Of a stretch of 64,000 bases of DNA, positions 45,266 through 53,856 are shown piece by piece; position 1 is the first letter of the stretch, and each line of letters begins with the position of its first letter. This stretch comes from Candidatus Marsarchaeota archaeon (GTDB lineage Archaea; Micrarchaeota; Micrarchaeia; Micrarchaeales; Micrarchaeaceae): NCBI GenBank assembly GCA_023473255.1, contig JAMCYW010000015.1, positions 932 through 64,931 of the forward strand, read 5' to 3'. The notes under the pieces are model-generated. The model made no database searches. It was not told the origin of the DNA and saw only the letters and a program-made list of their open reading frames with translations. The translations under genes and the position numbers were made by a program.

Positions 45266-45355
45266 CTATCTCTTCTTTGCCTTTTTCTTAGAGCCCTTTT
45301 TAGCGCTCTTTGCGCTTTTTTTCGTGCTCTTTTTTACTTTTTTCTTGGCTGCCAT
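45266..45355 (-). CDS. Very small lysine-rich protein, 29 aa (not in ORF track)
   Basis: Hand translation MAAKKKVKKSTKKSAKSAKKGSKKKAKKR; ATG start, TAG stop, TATA-like TTTATATAC upstream and a T-rich tract downstream. The low-complexity sequence could also be chance. Confidence 0.35.
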   Translation of the reverse strand: MAAKKKVKKSTKKSAKSAKKGSKKKAKKR

Positions 45356-45496
45356 TTGCTCACTTTTTCAGCAACATTTTTGTATGTTAACAGGTAAAGT
45401 ATATAAACATAAATATGTTATGCATTACACCTGCATCTATATAACTTTACTAAAGTACTAAATTATATACATAAATATATGTATCACCGGGATCGA

Positions 45497-46600
45497 ATGG
45501 CGAACAAGGAATATCTTGAAGGAAGGCTCAAAGAATTGGAGGAGGAGCTTTCCAAAACCAAGGACAACAAGGCAACAAACAAGCATCTCGCAAAGCTCAG
45601 GTCCAAGGTTGCGACGGTCAAAAAAGAGGTCATAAATGCAAGCAAACGTGTTCATGGAAGCGGATTTTTCGTAAAAAAGACAGGAGATGCAACAGTAACG
45701 CTACTTGGATTCCCAAGTGCAGGCAAATCTTCTATATTGAACGCGCTTACCAACGCAAATTCTAAGACTGCGCAATATGCATTTACGACGACAGATATAA
45801 TACCAGGCATTATGGTATATCGCGATGCGCATATTCAGATATTGGATATGCCTGGATTGATTGCTGGCGCTCATAAGGGTTTGGGCGGTGGTTCAAGTGT
45901 CATAGCACAGATGCGCGTGTCTGACCTTGTTATATTCGTGATAGACATAACAAATCTCAGCCAGATAGACACCATACTGGGCGAACTTTTTTCATTGAAC
46001 ATATACATAAACAAGAAAAAGCCGAACATTCAAGTAAGGCAGAATCGGGAAGGGCATGGCATACTGCTAGAAGTAAACAAGTCAAAGATGTCATATGACG
46101 ATATAAAGATTGTCCTTAACGGTTTTGGCATATTCAATGCAAATGTAAGAATATGGGATCCAGTTGAAGAAGATGAATTCATATCATTTATATCCAACAA
46201 ATCGCTCTATCTAAATGCGATAATGGTGCTCAACAAGATAGACATGGCTCCGGATTTTCAGAAGATTGCGGACCAAATATCCTTTAGGTACAAGATGGAG
46301 GCAATTCCAATAAGTGCATTAAATATGGATAATCTAGAGTCATTGAGGGCAAAGATATACGGCAATCTAAGCATAATGCGCGTTTACTTAAAGCCAAAGC
46401 TGGACAAGATCGGGCAGCCCATAACAACAAAATCAGGCATCACTGTAGGCAATCTGGCAAAACGGCTTCATACTGAGATATCAAGCGAACTAAAATGTGC
46501 ATATGTGAACGGCAGAAGTGTAAAGTTTGCCAATCAAAGGGTTGGCATAGAGCATGTACTAAAGGATGGAGATTCCATCACATTTATAAAAATAAAATGA
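45497..46600 (+). CDS. DRG/Obg-family GTPase with C-terminal TGS domain
   Basis: G1 GFPSAGKSS, G2 FTTT, G3 DMPG, then the GAHKGLGGG motif and a C-terminal TGS-like region. Start at MANKEYLEGRL (Met7 of the ORF-track ORF). Confidence 0.85.
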   Translation: MANKEYLEGRLKELEEELSKTKDNKATNKHLAKLRSKVATVKKEVINASKRVHGSGFFVKKTGDATVTLLGFPSAGKSSILNALTNANSKTAQYAFTTTDIIPGIMVYRDAHIQILDMPGLIAGAHKGLGGGSSVIAQMRVSDLVIFVIDITNLSQIDTILGELFSLNIYINKKKPNIQVRQNREGHGILLEVNKSKMSYDDIKIVLNGFGIFNANVRIWDPVEEDEFISFISNKSLYLNAIMVLNKIDMAPDFQKIADQISFRYKMEAIPISALNMDNLESLRAKIYGNLSIMRVYLKPKLDKIGQPITTKSGITVGNLAKRLHTEISSELKCAYVNGRSVKFANQRVGIEHVLKDGDSITFIKIK

Positions 46601-47076
46601 GTAAAGATGGATGGTTAGCATTTGTGGTCCATATGGCAATAAAATACTGGGAATTTGAAGATGCACCTCTGAAGGATAAGATAAGGTCGCCAAAAATAAA
46701 GGAAATTGCAAAGATATTCTTTGAGAATGAAACCGAAGCGTACAGGTTCAGCAAACTTATTTTAGCAGTAAAGAAAAGCGGCAAATTAAGGCTAAAAGAC
46801 ATACCTGAAGGGATACCGATTGCAACTGCAAAGCGATACCTTGATTACGCTGTGCAGATAGGTCTGATAAAGCATGAAGCCAACGCATACGAGCTCACGG
46901 ATAGGTATTCCCGCCCATTTAGGAATATAGCGACGTACATAAAGGCATGGATGGACAGCGATGCCGAAGAAGACTTGGAAATCGAATTTGCGAATGCGCG
47001 AACTGAAAAGCAGAAGCGGCGCGGCGGCAGAACGCAATCAAATGCAGTTCCAGAGCATGCAGTGTCCGAATTATGA
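46597..47076 (+). CDS. Winged-helix-like hypothetical protein (159 aa)
   Basis: Start moved to MSKDGWLAF (ATGA overlap with the DRG stop). IATAKRYLDYAVQIGLIKHEANAYELT resembles a wHTH. Confidence 0.5.
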   Translation: MSKDGWLAFVVHMAIKYWEFEDAPLKDKIRSPKIKEIAKIFFENETEAYRFSKLILAVKKSGKLRLKDIPEGIPIATAKRYLDYAVQIGLIKHEANAYELTDRYSRPFRNIATYIKAWMDSDAEEDLEIEFANARTEKQKRRGGRTQSNAVPEHAVSEL

Positions 47077-47137
47077 TTTGATGCAGTAATTGCAACACTT
47101 GTTGTGCTCTCATCTACTGCGGCTGTGTTTACATTAT

Positions 47138-47695
47138 TCACTTGCCATTAATCCTTTTAGTCCATTTCACAAGTGCGTCTACTATTTCTGCAATGCGTTT
47201 TTTTGTTTCTTCATCAACGACCTTACCATTCTCTATCTTTTTATGTGCATCTGTAACAAACATCTGCGGTTTCTCTAACGGATGCATGTTTAGGAATGCA
47301 GCTATTTCCCTGAAATGATATTGTGCAACCGCTGTGCCTATGCTTCCTCCGGTTGCGCCTAATGTGGCTACTGGTTTGTCATCGAACGAATTGTCGCCGT
47401 ACGGTCTTGAAGCCCAGTCTATTGCATTCTTCAAAACACCTGGGAGCGACCTGTTGTATTCAGGTATTGCTATAAGGAGTGCATCTGCGGACCTGATACT
47501 TTCTTTGAATGCCTTTACCCGTGCCGGCTCATCTTTTTCAAGATCCTGATTATATATTGGTATGCCCTCCAAGCTGAATATCTCTATTGTAACGCCTTCC
47601 TTTTGCAGCCCTGCTGCTTCTTTTATTAAAGCTTCGTTGTATGAGTTAGCCCTTAAACTACCTGCAAATGCTAGTATCTTGATATTGTTAGCCAT
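47138..47695 (-). CDS. NAD(P)H-dependent FMN reductase family protein
   Basis: MANNIKILAFAGSLRANSYNEALIKEA and ADALLIAIPEYNRSLPGVLKNAIDW match the FMN_red family. Start moved to Met16 because the ORF-track N-terminus overlaps tRNA-Arg; AAGGTGA lies 6 nt upstream. Confidence 0.8.
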   Translation of the reverse strand: MANNIKILAFAGSLRANSYNEALIKEAAGLQKEGVTIEIFSLEGIPIYNQDLEKDEPARVKAFKESIRSADALLIAIPEYNRSLPGVLKNAIDWASRPYGDNSFDDKPVATLGATGGSIGTAVAQYHFREIAAFLNMHPLEKPQMFVTDAHKKIENGKVVDEETKKRIAEIVDALVKWTKRINGK

Positions 47696-47719
47696 TAGAT
47701 TCACCTTAAGCATAAATAG

Positions 47720-47826
47720 CGGGCCCGGCGGGATTTTCACAAAGCAGTAAATATGTGTACCCTATTTTGAACCCGCGACCATCAGCTTAGAAGGCTGTTG
47801 CTCTGTCCAAGCTGAGCTACGGGCCC
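47720..47826 (-). tRNA. tRNA-Arg (anticodon UCU) with a proposed 32-nt intron in the T-loop
   Basis: GGGCCCG-TA-GCTC...GAGC-A-ACAGC-CTTCTAA-GCTGA-TGGTC-GCGGG-TTCAAA[32 nt]T-CCCGC-CGGGCCC-G. The T-stem and acceptor 3' strands are found only after skipping 32 nt. The exact splice position is ambiguous within the A-run. Confidence 0.7.
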
Positions 47827-48626
47827 GCATTGCGCATAAACTTAGCGGTGCTAATATTAAAGAACCTTTTTGTATTTTCAGTTAATATGTGTGCTGCATC
47901 TTCATACTGCATGCCTTTGGCATCAGCTATAATGCTTACCGCCTTGTCGACATCGGAAGGCGACGAATTTGCAGTCGGCGAATCTGTTTCCGCCATCAGG
48001 TTCCCAATCGGCACGGCTTTTATGGCAGATGTCCTGGATCCTGATTTTAAGGGTGGCACAGATATCATATAGCCGCGCCGCGCCGCTTCAATTGCATTAT
48101 CTACATTGCCTTCAAAGAAATGCAGATGCACTGCATGTGCATCCTTTTCATCAAGTATATGCAGCACCTGTTGCATCGCATCCCTGGAATGTACGCTTAT
48201 GGGCAGGTTTAGTTCATTTGAAAGGTCTATGAACGTTTCAAACAGCGCGATCTGCTTCTCAATGCCTTTAATCCCATTTGCGTGTGTAAAATCCAGGCCG
48301 ATTTCGCCTATAGATTTAACGATATTCTTATTCTCCCTTATCAAGCGTATATTATATTCTATCTCATCGTCGCCTATATTCTCTGCGTAATCTGGGTGTA
48401 TGCCCAATGCGGGGAATACGTGCCTGCCATCAGATACCTCAAGTGTCTTAAGGTTTGATTTGGTATCTATTCCATTGCTTATCATGGTCGCCACTCCTCT
48501 AGCAACTGCGTCAGCTATCGCGCTGCCATCAAAGGCATATAGATGGCAATGCGCATCTGCCAACTCAACCAATGTTTTATATTTTGATTTATCTTCAGAA
48601 GTAATCTGTTTCGCGATTGCCGCCAT
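47817..48626 (-). CDS. tatD: TatD-family metal-dependent hydrolase/DNase
   Basis: ADAHCHL, IGEIGLDF, ISVHSRDA, VHLHFF and AETDSP motifs. Start moved to MAAIAKQ (Met84). The last 10 nt, including the stop, overlap the tRNA-Arg 5' end. Confidence 0.8.
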   Translation of the reverse strand: MAAIAKQITSEDKSKYKTLVELADAHCHLYAFDGSAIADAVARGVATMISNGIDTKSNLKTLEVSDGRHVFPALGIHPDYAENIGDDEIEYNIRLIRENKNIVKSIGEIGLDFTHANGIKGIEKQIALFETFIDLSNELNLPISVHSRDAMQQVLHILDEKDAHAVHLHFFEGNVDNAIEAARRGYMISVPPLKSGSRTSAIKAVPIGNLMAETDSPTANSSPSDVDKAVSIIADAKGMQYEDAAHILTENTKRFFNISTAKFMRNAGP

Positions 48627-48699
48627 ATAATTACCAAAGCAGTATGCAACTGGTGCATAACCTGTAATAAATGTAATGTTAGGTAAAATATAATTATAT

Positions 48700-49839
48700 G
48701 TGATACAAAATTTCATACAAGGTAATGCTGTGCGATACAAAAAAAATTCTGGAAAATCGAAGATCCCATATAAGGGCATAAACGTTGCATTGCTTGTAAT
48801 TATAATAGCATTGCTGGCAGTGACATTCTCTGACATCAATTCATTGAATGCTAAGATCAGCTCATTGCAAAGCAACGTGACGCTGCTCTCATCCCAGCCG
48901 GGATCTGTCAGCGCAACTAATGGAACTTCGCTGCTTTCAATAAAAAGCTATAACATAAATGGCAGCATGATAGTGCCAAACACATCATTGCCGGGATTTC
49001 CCGTCATAACTGCAAATGCTTCATTTGGGCAAAGGCTTACAAACATAAACAAGCCCCTCAATTCATCATATCTTTCGGTCATAAACAACGCACCTGATTC
49101 TTATTTTGAAACTGCCGGCCTCATGCTGCTCAACGGCAGCATAAACAACAATGTAGGCGTTACACCTATAAAAGTTAACCCGTTCATACTCAACGGCAAG
49201 CCGACAGTAATATACCTTGGGTCTATAACATGCGTGTTCTGCGGGGAGAACAGGTGGGCCATGGCTCTTGCACTGGGGAGGTTTGGGAATTTTTCTCATT
49301 TATTCGAAGGATATAGCTCTTTCGGCGACCACGACCTGCCTACCTTGTATTGGTCCCCTTCGCACTACAACATTTCTGCGGAAGATCTTGGCAATTTTTA
49401 CAGCAGCAAATATCTTAATTTTATATCTATAGACGATGCAATGCCGATAACCGGCGGTTTTCAACTCAATTCTCCTGCACTTATTCAGCAAAGGATAAAT
49501 GCTACTGGCAATGTGCCGTACAAAGATGCATTTGAATTTATAGCAAGGCTGAACAATTTCCAGGGCACTCCATATACTATATGGGGCAAATACAATGTGC
49601 CGGGCGCAGACGCGGTGGATTTTGGCAATTCTACCCCAACAACGCAAAACCTTACGCTTACGTATATGACCCATAAGGATGTGTTTAATGCCCTCTCAAA
49701 GCCGAGCGATCAATTTGCATGGACTGAATATGCTGCCGCTGACATATACATAGCAATGGCGTGTTCATCCATCAACAATTCAGCGCCCATATGCACTCTG
49801 CCTGCGATACAGCAGATGGAGATAAAAGGAGGGTATTAA
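48700..49839 (+). CDS. N-terminally anchored DUF929-like thioredoxin-fold protein (CxxC)
   Basis: TM helix INVALLVIIIALLAVTF; GSITCVFCGENRWAMALALGRFGNFS resembles the DUF929 CxxC...RW..ALxRFG motif as I remember it. Confidence 0.6.
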   Translation: MIQNFIQGNAVRYKKNSGKSKIPYKGINVALLVIIIALLAVTFSDINSLNAKISSLQSNVTLLSSQPGSVSATNGTSLLSIKSYNINGSMIVPNTSLPGFPVITANASFGQRLTNINKPLNSSYLSVINNAPDSYFETAGLMLLNGSINNNVGVTPIKVNPFILNGKPTVIYLGSITCVFCGENRWAMALALGRFGNFSHLFEGYSSFGDHDLPTLYWSPSHYNISAEDLGNFYSSKYLNFISIDDAMPITGGFQLNSPALIQQRINATGNVPYKDAFEFIARLNNFQGTPYTIWGKYNVPGADAVDFGNSTPTTQNLTLTYMTHKDVFNALSKPSDQFAWTEYAAADIYIAMACSSINNSAPICTLPAIQQMEIKGGY

Positions 49840-50348
49840 TGAAAAAAGGTTTTTTTTCAAGTCGCGCCCATATATTGAAAAGGGTATTTACAAAGCCTGC
49901 ATATATAGCAATAGCGATAGCTGCATTCATAGCCTACTATCTTTTTTACAATTATCTGATAAAGCTGAGTAGTTATGGGATATTCATAACTACCGTACCT
50001 ATGTATATGGTAGACACGCTGATAGCAACATCTGCAATTCTGCTGAGTTTGAGCGTCTTCGGAATTATGCAAAGCAGGCGAAGGCGCAAATCCATTTCTA
50101 AATCCGCCATACCTAGCAGTGCAATAAGCGTGGCTATGCCTTCCGTCGGCGGGTTGGTGGCAAGCTGTGGATGCGAAACGCCCATCCTTGGATCCATATT
50201 GTATCCGTTGGGCCTTAATTTCATAGCTGTGGGCAACGTTATATCCTTCATATCTAGATATAATTTCACCCTTTTGGGGATTTTTATAGCGATAAATATA
50301 ATGCTAATTTTTTATCAGTCTGGAAAAATGCCTAAAACCATCATATAA
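49839..50348 (+). CDS. Membrane protein with CGC motif (169 aa)
   Basis: Start moved to MKKGFFSS; its ATG overlaps the upstream TAA by 1 nt (TAATG). Four hydrophobic helices; GGLVASCGCETP lies in a loop. Confidence 0.5.
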   Translation: MKKGFFSSRAHILKRVFTKPAYIAIAIAAFIAYYLFYNYLIKLSSYGIFITTVPMYMVDTLIATSAILLSLSVFGIMQSRRRRKSISKSAIPSSAISVAMPSVGGLVASCGCETPILGSILYPLGLNFIAVGNVISFISRYNFTLLGIFIAINIMLIFYQSGKMPKTII

Positions 50349-50474
50349 CCAATAATGCCCATGCCTGTTGCCCAAAAGCGCGAATTGGAAGGTATTTAAA
50401 TTTTGCTGTATCATGTTAAATGTTCAAGAATGGGTTAAATGGTTGTTACATAAATACAGAAAAGAAAGTGTTGA

Positions 50475-50669
50475 ATGCAAGGTGGTAAAATGAATGCAAT
50501 ATCCAAAATGATAATGCACTATAAGAGGACGAAGAGGGAACAGAAATTAGCCAGCGATCCAAATAATGACAGGAAATTCATAGTAATAAAAGACAGCCCG
50601 TATTCATGGCATATGGAATGGCTTGACGAATACGAAGCGTCTAAGAAAGAAGCAGAATCGCATAACTGA
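50475..50669 (+). CDS. Hypothetical small protein (64 aa)
   Basis: ORF-track ORF only; no supporting motif. Confidence 0.3.
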   Translation: MQGGKMNAISKMIMHYKRTKREQKLASDPNNDRKFIVIKDSPYSWHMEWLDEYEASKKEAESHN

Positions 50670-50834
50670 TTTTAAAGCTGGTATTTTCCAAGGCGTCATA
50701 AGCAGAAGATAAAGCGGCGTAATTCCCTGCCTGAAAGCAGGAGTTTCACTTAGGCATGAAGCCCGTGATATCTTGCACTACTGATAAAACATATCAACTT
50801 TTTTAGATTTGTAGCATATAATATATTTGGTGTA

Positions 50835-52028
50835 ATGATGCCATCTGGCAGGGGATATGGTCATGTCAAGCCCAAACATGGAAGTGGCAAAACTAAAATT
50901 GCCTATCCAAAAAATAAAACTCGGAATAGGCATTCGTATTCTAAAATCAAACCACATATGGCAAAAAAACGCACGAAAACTGCCAAACGCCCTGCAGGCA
51001 TACGTTTGCATAAAGCTTTGCGCACTAAAGGCGCACAAGAGAAGAAAACAACCAAGCGCATGCATCCAAATCAAGATGTGCATGCCATCGTTCCAAAATC
51101 CATAAACGAGGCACTTATCCTTGACATACTCGGAAATCGCAATTCTGGAACCACAAGCGGCGAAAGCGTGCTTCTTGCGCAGATTCTGTCCGGCTTTACG
51201 AAAAGCATGAGGAAACTTTCATACATGGCAGGCATATCCAACGGCATGTTCTTATACCGGATTAATAAACTGCAGAAACGCTACGCATGGTACCAGGATT
51301 CAGTAAAGGACATATCGGAATTCTTCGAGAAAGCAGGATATATGGCATCGAGCTATGACATTTTTCCAGACAAGGTAGTCATAAAGCTTTACGGTGCTGG
51401 CCCGAATCTTGGGGGAAATATGCACGTTTTCGAATCTGGCGTAATATCGGGATTTCTTACTGCGGCTATCGGGCATTATGTTCCTGTCAGCGAGGAGGAA
51501 TGCGGGCATGCGGGCGCCAGCTATTGCAGGTTTTCAACATCCAATTACAAAGCTGCCTCAGATGTGAATGAGGACAATCTGCGCCACATAAACGCACTCG
51601 CTAAATACATCTCAGATAGCAAGCCTACTGCAAAACCAGACACGTTTTCAAAGAGCTATCTTAATCTTATATATCAGGTTATAATGGAAAGGGAATATCT
51701 GGATAACATGAAGGATTTGCTGGGCTACTTTGGGGAAATCATACTGCAGATGTCCAATGCAAAGAAGCCCAAGAAGCTGAAGGGCGGCGAGTTGGCCTCA
51801 TTAGCGCAGCGAAACATAAACCTATTAAACCTTGGCAAGTTAAATATTAAGAGCGCCAATGCGCTGGATGCTGAACTGATGTTCGATTCATCACAGTCCC
51901 GCAGCGAATTCGTGGAACTTGCAGTAGCCTTCCTAAGCGGGGTACTTGGAAAAGACATGGTCCGTGCCGCCAAGCTCAAAAGCGAAAATGATTTATACAG
52001 CATACGAATAAATAAAAAGAATAAGTGA
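50835..52028 (+). CDS. V4R-domain protein with a basic N-terminal extension (start uncertain)
   Basis: FESGVISGFLTAAIGHYVPVSEEECGHAGASYCRF is a V4R (4-vinyl reductase) signature. In-frame Mets at 50958 and 51060 are alternative starts; the first 75 residues are extremely basic. Confidence 0.55.
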   Translation: MMPSGRGYGHVKPKHGSGKTKIAYPKNKTRNRHSYSKIKPHMAKKRTKTAKRPAGIRLHKALRTKGAQEKKTTKRMHPNQDVHAIVPKSINEALILDILGNRNSGTTSGESVLLAQILSGFTKSMRKLSYMAGISNGMFLYRINKLQKRYAWYQDSVKDISEFFEKAGYMASSYDIFPDKVVIKLYGAGPNLGGNMHVFESGVISGFLTAAIGHYVPVSEEECGHAGASYCRFSTSNYKAASDVNEDNLRHINALAKYISDSKPTAKPDTFSKSYLNLIYQVIMEREYLDNMKDLLGYFGEIILQMSNAKKPKKLKGGELASLAQRNINLLNLGKLNIKSANALDAELMFDSSQSRSEFVELAVAFLSGVLGKDMVRAAKLKSENDLYSIRINKKNK

Positions 52029-52046
52029 CAAATCCAAGTTGATCCT

Positions 52047-53498
52047 ATGGCTCTGGAATTCATGGACAAGATAGCTCCATACATACCTTCAATAAAAGGT
52101 CCAGCCAAGCCTCTTTCGTTAAGAGAGAAGATGTACTGGACTGCAGGCATACTTACAGTATACTTCTTGCTCTATAACATATATGCGATAGGCGTTAATC
52201 CTACTGCCGTTACGCAGCCTCTGTTGCAGCTTATAAGCATAATATTTGCAGCTAAGGTTGGCAGCCTCATCACCGTAGGCATAGGCCCTATAGTATTGTC
52301 TAGCATAATATTGCAGCTCGTATCCGGGTCGGGCATAATAAAAATAGACCTTAATGACATAACCAACAAATCGAGATGGCAGGCAATGCAGAAACTCTTC
52401 GCCATATCAATAGCCGTAATAGAATCATTGATATTCGTCATAAGCGGATATGTGCCTGTAGCATCGCCTTCGGTCATAGGGTATGTTGTGCTGCAGATGG
52501 CAATCGGCGCCATAATAATAATATTCCTCGACGAAATAATGACAAAATACGGGATAACATCTGGTATAAATATATTCATAGCTGCTGGTGTTTCTTATGC
52601 GATAGTTGCAGGAACGTTCAGCATACTGATACCAGAAGCTATAGCCGCCATACAAGCCGGCGGCGCAGCTGCACCTGCAAACGCGCTGATGGCATTCGGC
52701 CCGCTCTTCTTTGCGATAATAATATTCTTGGTGAGCATATATGCTTATGAAATGAAAGTGGAGCTTCCCCTAAGCTTTGAGCAATTGCGGGGCATTGGAG
52801 GGAGGCTTCCAATTCCATTTTTGTACGTAAGCGTACTCCCAGTCATACTTGCATCATCGCTAGAGCTCAGCCTCACGGTATGGTTTAGATTCCTTGCAGG
52901 GGTCCATGGCACATTTGCCGGCCTTGCGAAGTTCATAGCATTTTACCAACCTGTAGGGGGCTCATTGCAATTGAGCGGCGGATTGGCATACCTTATATCT
53001 CCAACATTTCCATTGCCGTATGCTGCACCGTATGGGATAGGAGGATACGGCGCATATTTCAGCTATTTGCTGACCCATACAAGCGAGCTCTTTCTGCCAT
53101 GGGGCGGGATGCTGTTGATTCCAGAGTGGATACATGTCCTAGTCTATATGGGCGTGCTTCTTGTGCTTTGCGTTATATTCGGTAAGTTCTGGATAGAAAT
53201 GACTGGGCAGAGCCCAAAACATCTTGCAGAGCAACTTGGCACGACAGGATGGCAGATACCTGGCTTCAGAAGAGATCCAAGGATTATCGAAAACGTGCTC
53301 AACAAATACATACCAAATGTTACTGTATTGGGCAGCCTATTCGTAGGGTTCCTTGCAGCCATAGCAACGCTCACGGGCGCCATAGGCACAGGCATGGGGA
53401 TACTTCTTACGGTCGGTATAATCTACATGGTATACCAGCAGCTGCTGCAAGAAAACCTATACGAAACATATCCGATACTTGAGAAGATCACGAAATAA
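52047..53498 (+). CDS. secY: Protein translocase subunit SecY
   Basis: IPSIKGPAKPLSLREKMYWTAGILTVYFLL at the N-terminus, 10 TM helices, GTGMGILLTVGIIY near the C-terminus. Confidence 0.9.
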   Translation: MALEFMDKIAPYIPSIKGPAKPLSLREKMYWTAGILTVYFLLYNIYAIGVNPTAVTQPLLQLISIIFAAKVGSLITVGIGPIVLSSIILQLVSGSGIIKIDLNDITNKSRWQAMQKLFAISIAVIESLIFVISGYVPVASPSVIGYVVLQMAIGAIIIIFLDEIMTKYGITSGINIFIAAGVSYAIVAGTFSILIPEAIAAIQAGGAAAPANALMAFGPLFFAIIIFLVSIYAYEMKVELPLSFEQLRGIGGRLPIPFLYVSVLPVILASSLELSLTVWFRFLAGVHGTFAGLAKFIAFYQPVGGSLQLSGGLAYLISPTFPLPYAAPYGIGGYGAYFSYLLTHTSELFLPWGGMLLIPEWIHVLVYMGVLLVLCVIFGKFWIEMTGQSPKHLAEQLGTTGWQIPGFRRDPRIIENVLNKYIPNVTVLGSLFVGFLAAIATLTGAIGTGMGILLTVGIIYMVYQQLLQENLYETYPILEKITK

Positions 53499-53528
53499 GC
53501 AGAATTTTTTGCCCCTTTCGTTTCTTCC

Positions 53529-53795
53529 TCATCTAAAAGATGCACCAGAAACTCCAACATTTAAATATTCTGATGGGGTATAATTACCAACGAGAGAAAA
53601 TGATGATTGTGATTTTCCCATTGATCCTGGCGATTGGCTTCTGGACGATATTCCTTCTGGCGGTGCGTTGGATTTTGCGAGATTTCCGCCGAGCGCTGCA
53701 ACAGAAACAGAAATAGTTGCATCGAATGCACCAAAGCTGAGGCCCATTTTCACAGCGTTAATCCCTACTGTTTTTGCTACGTTAATTACACTCAT
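53529..53795 (-). CDS. Hypothetical Gly/Ala/Ser-rich small protein
   Basis: ORF-track ORF. The frame is open upstream through a DFAGLLGA-DFAGLFGA repeat but without a start codon; low-complexity sequence. Confidence 0.3.
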   Translation of the reverse strand: MSVINVAKTVGINAVKMGLSFGAFDATISVSVAALGGNLAKSNAPPEGISSRSQSPGSMGKSQSSFSLVGNYTPSEYLNVGVSGASFR

Positions 53796-53856
53796 TCCTT
53801 CTGGAAGTGTGGCACCGAATAAACCTGCAAAATCTGCACCAAGCAGACCTGCAAAA

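Noticed and set aside
50670-50834. Possible small RNA in the spacer containing the hairpin CCTGC-CTGAAA-GCAGG
   Set aside because: It is a single short hairpin with no recognisable box motifs, tRNA-like arms or second copy, which is insufficient evidence.
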